From assembly GCA_963662795.1 (NCBI GenBank), contig OY759746.1, forward strand, positions 2,112,001-2,176,000: a stretch of 64,000 bases of DNA. Direction: 5' to 3'. The notes beneath the pieces are model-generated. The model made no database searches and was not told where the DNA came from. It saw only the letters and a list, made by a program, of their open reading frames with translations. Shown here in pieces: positions 61,709-64,000 of this stretch; positions within the stretch are counted from its first letter, which is position 1, and each line of letters starts with the position of its first letter. The position numbers and the translations under genes were made by a program. The DNA is from Spirochaetia bacterium. GTDB taxonomy: Bacteria > Spirochaetota > Spirochaetia > CADAEX01.

Positions 61709-61926
61709 GCAATACCTTCGCGAAGAGAAAATCGCCCGGGCCCCTGGCCGACGGGCGAGGATTTGCAGTCAAATAATATGTTTTAGGCGGACGCTTTTGA
61801 CGTGCAAGAACAGATATTATCTAAATAAATACATAAAAGTCTTCTGATAGTTTGATGTGTTACTTGTTGAAATAAACCAAAAAATGAACTATATTTGATA
61901 AATAATGGTTCATTTAGGAGTTTTAT

Positions 61927-62181
61927 ATGAAATCTATTACCATACATGGAATTGATAATGATCTCGATAAGAAAATTGCAGAAAAGTCTGTCGAATTTGG
62001 TTTAAGCCAGAACCGAACAGTTAAGTATATCCTGCAAAATTCATTAATTACTGATAAAAAAGCTTCTAAAAAGGACTCCTATGCTGAATTATTTGGTAAA
62101 TGGTCAACAAAAGAGAAAGAAGAGTTTGATAAAAAAATCAGTGATTTTGAAGTAATAAATGAAATGGACTGGAAAAAATGA
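61927..62181 (+). CDS. vapB: VapB-like antitoxin (duplicate of 10276)
   Basis: Identical protein. Confidence 0.75.
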   Translation: MKSITIHGIDNDLDKKIAEKSVEFGLSQNRTVKYILQNSLITDKKASKKDSYAELFGKWSTKEKEEFDKKISDFEVINEMDWKK

Positions 62182-62576
62182 CCAAGATACTACTTGATAC
62201 AAATGCCTATAGTGAGTTTATGTCCGGAAATAAGTTGGTATTTGAATATATTATAGAAGCAGAAATAATCTATGTATCAACCATTATGATCGGTGAACTA
62301 TTCGCAGGTTTTCAAGGTGGAAAAAAGTATACACAAAATAAAGAAGATTTTAAGAAATTCATCAGCAAAGATGGAATAAAAATATTGAATGTCACAATTG
62401 AAACATCAGAAATATTTGGAGAAATCAAGGCGGAACTAAGTAAAAAAGGAAAAATGATACCATTAAATGATATTTGGATTGCTGCTCATGCAATAGAAAC
62501 AGGTTCAAAATTAATCACATACGATTCACACTTTAAACAGATAAATGGTTTGAGAATTTGGGAAGAATATAGATAG
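62178..62576 (+). CDS. vapC: VapC toxin (duplicate of 10527)
   Basis: Identical protein. Confidence 0.92.
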   Translation: MTKILLDTNAYSEFMSGNKLVFEYIIEAEIIYVSTIMIGELFAGFQGGKKYTQNKEDFKKFISKDGIKILNVTIETSEIFGEIKAELSKKGKMIPLNDIWIAAHAIETGSKLITYDSHFKQINGLRIWEEYR

Positions 62577-62698
62577 GTAAATTGTCCAATTACTGATTCA
62601 ACTCTTTGCTTTTTACAGGTTAAGTAAGTATTAAAAAGAAAAGGAAGTCCAGCCCTTGGCTCCGCCCTAACGGTCTGGACAAGACGCGAAGGTACTGC

Positions 62699-62890
62699 AA
62701 ATAACAGCGATTATTTCGCTGCGCTCCCTGTGGTCGCTTGGGCTCCTGCCAGTTGAGCTGGCAGATCGCCATATTTTGTTTTCATAAAACCGGAACAACA
62801 TGTGCTTTGTGCTCTTCAAGTTTGTAAAAACCAAATAAAAGTATTTTAGAGTTTAGTCACAAAACATCGAATAATCGCGAGACGTTAGCA
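62699..62890 (+). repeat. Long attC, family B
   Basis: TAAC 62702 ... GTT 62884. Confidence 0.8.
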
Positions 62891-63009
62891 GCAATACGTC
62901 CCCTAGAGAAAATCGCCCGGACCTCCGGCCAACGGGCGAGGATAGGCTATAATAATATTTTATTAAAAAACAGTTGAAATTGAAAATATGAGAAATAATT
63001 GATGAAATT

Positions 63010-63723
63010 ATGAAAATATTAACATGGAATTGTAATATGGCATTTCGAAGAAAGTATGAAATCCTACAAGATTTTCAACCGGATATTGCAGTAATACAAG
63101 AATGTGAAAACAACAGTATTTTAGGTAAAATTAAAAATGTAATAAATTATTCAGATATATTATGGTATGGGGAAAATAAAAATAAAGGATTATGTATTCT
63201 GACTTTTAATAAATACCGCATAAAAAATAATTTTCAAAATGAAGACTTTAAATATATCCTTCCCATTGAAATTGAAAATGGAACATCTTCGATAATTTTA
63301 TTAGCAGTATGGACACAATTTGTAAATAAAAATATTTATGAAAGTTATGTAGTCCAAGCTGTAAGAGCACTTCTATATTATAAAAAATTATTGGAAGAGA
63401 AAAATGTTTTTATAATAGGAGATTTTAACAGTAATTCTATCTGGGATAATGAATCTCCAAAAGAATACACACATTCTCAAATGGTAGATTTGCTAAAACA
63501 ACAAGAGATTGAAAGTGTTTATCATTTTTTAAAAAAAGAAAAACACGGAAAAGAAACAATTCCTACTTTATTTTTTCAAAAGAATATAAAAAAGTCATAT
63601 CATATTGATTATTGTTTTTGTAAAATATCTAAAATGAATAGAATTAAAGAATTCAGAATTGGGGAATACGCCAAATATATTACTAAAAGTGATCATATGC
63701 CTCTGTTCATTGAAATAGAATAG
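63010..63723 (+). CDS. Endonuclease/exonuclease/phosphatase family protein
   Basis: ILTWN, DIAVIQE, IGDFNS, HIDY, SDHMP. Confidence 0.9.
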   Translation: MKILTWNCNMAFRRKYEILQDFQPDIAVIQECENNSILGKIKNVINYSDILWYGENKNKGLCILTFNKYRIKNNFQNEDFKYILPIEIENGTSSIILLAVWTQFVNKNIYESYVVQAVRALLYYKKLLEEKNVFIIGDFNSNSIWDNESPKEYTHSQMVDLLKQQEIESVYHFLKKEKHGKETIPTLFFQKNIKKSYHIDYCFCKISKMNRIKEFRIGEYAKYITKSDHMPLFIEIE

Positions 63724-63777
63724 AAGTATTGACTATTCTCAAAAAGTACAATATATTGTACAATAAGGAGAGAAATA

Positions 63778-64000
63778 ATGGATGCTGTAACATATTCGGA
63801 TTTAAGACAAAATCTGAAATCTTATTTAGACAAAGTTTACCATGATCATGATCCAATGATTATAACAAGAAAAAATAATGAAAACCTCGTTTTGCTTTCA
63901 ATTGCAGAATATAACAGTCTAATTGAAACAAACTACTTATTAAGCAATGAGGCTAATGCGCTGCACCTTAAAAAATCAATTGAGCAGCTTAATGTCGGAA
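63778..64000 (+). CDS. yefM: Phd/YefM antitoxin (partial; paralogue of 6029)
   Basis: MDAVTYSDLRQNLKSYLDK; runs off the window end. Confidence 0.85.
   Translation, partial: MDAVTYSDLRQNLKSYLDKVYHDHDPMIITRKNNENLVLLSIAEYNSLIETNYLLSNEANALHLKKSIEQLNVG

Larger units (their letters stand above)
1..64000 (+). mobile_element. Chromosomal integron-type (superintegron-like) gene cassette array; integrase not in window
   Basis: About 37 long and 9 short TAAC...GTT inverted-repeat sites separate unrelated, co-oriented 1-3 gene units; many TA pairs; duplicated cassettes have precise GTT boundaries. Confidence 0.9.

Noticed and set aside
1915-62940. Recurring ~300-bp repeats as a CRISPR array or REP/MITE family
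   Set aside because: They are too long, separate whole genes, have TAAC...GTT cores with covarying arms, and duplicated units break at G|TT; no cas genes. This fits attC sites.
1-64000. Integron integrase, tRNA or rRNA genes
   Set aside because: No tyrosine-recombinase motifs and no tRNA/rRNA-like sequence seen; intI must lie outside the window or be absent.

Overview
The whole window is part of a large, low-GC (spirochaete-like, by inference) chromosomal integron-type gene-cassette array. All cargo is on the + strand and there is no integrase in the window. About 36 complete cassettes are separated by long (about 145-190 bp) attC-like sites that fall into 5 arm families. Cargo includes about 13 type II toxin-antitoxin pairs, defence-type genes (RloC-like AAA ATPase, ApeA/HEPN, BglII-like REase plus MT-A70 methylase, HNH, Fic, and an ncRNA-SLATT-RT system resembling DRT10/UG17), small enzymes and ORF-less cassettes. 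Six IS elements (3x IS4, IS30, IS3, IS1182) interrupt the array. Two features are not explained by the classical integron model. (1) Each host-type cassette is bracketed by its own 20-90 bp imperfect terminal inverted repeat ('barcode') plus conserved flanking hairpins; both ends match in 33 of 36 cassettes. (2) About 8 of these cassettes are 'carriers': they hold a conserved internal attI-like docking site into which ordinary foreign cassettes with their own short attC sites are nested, and several of those inner attCs are decaying.
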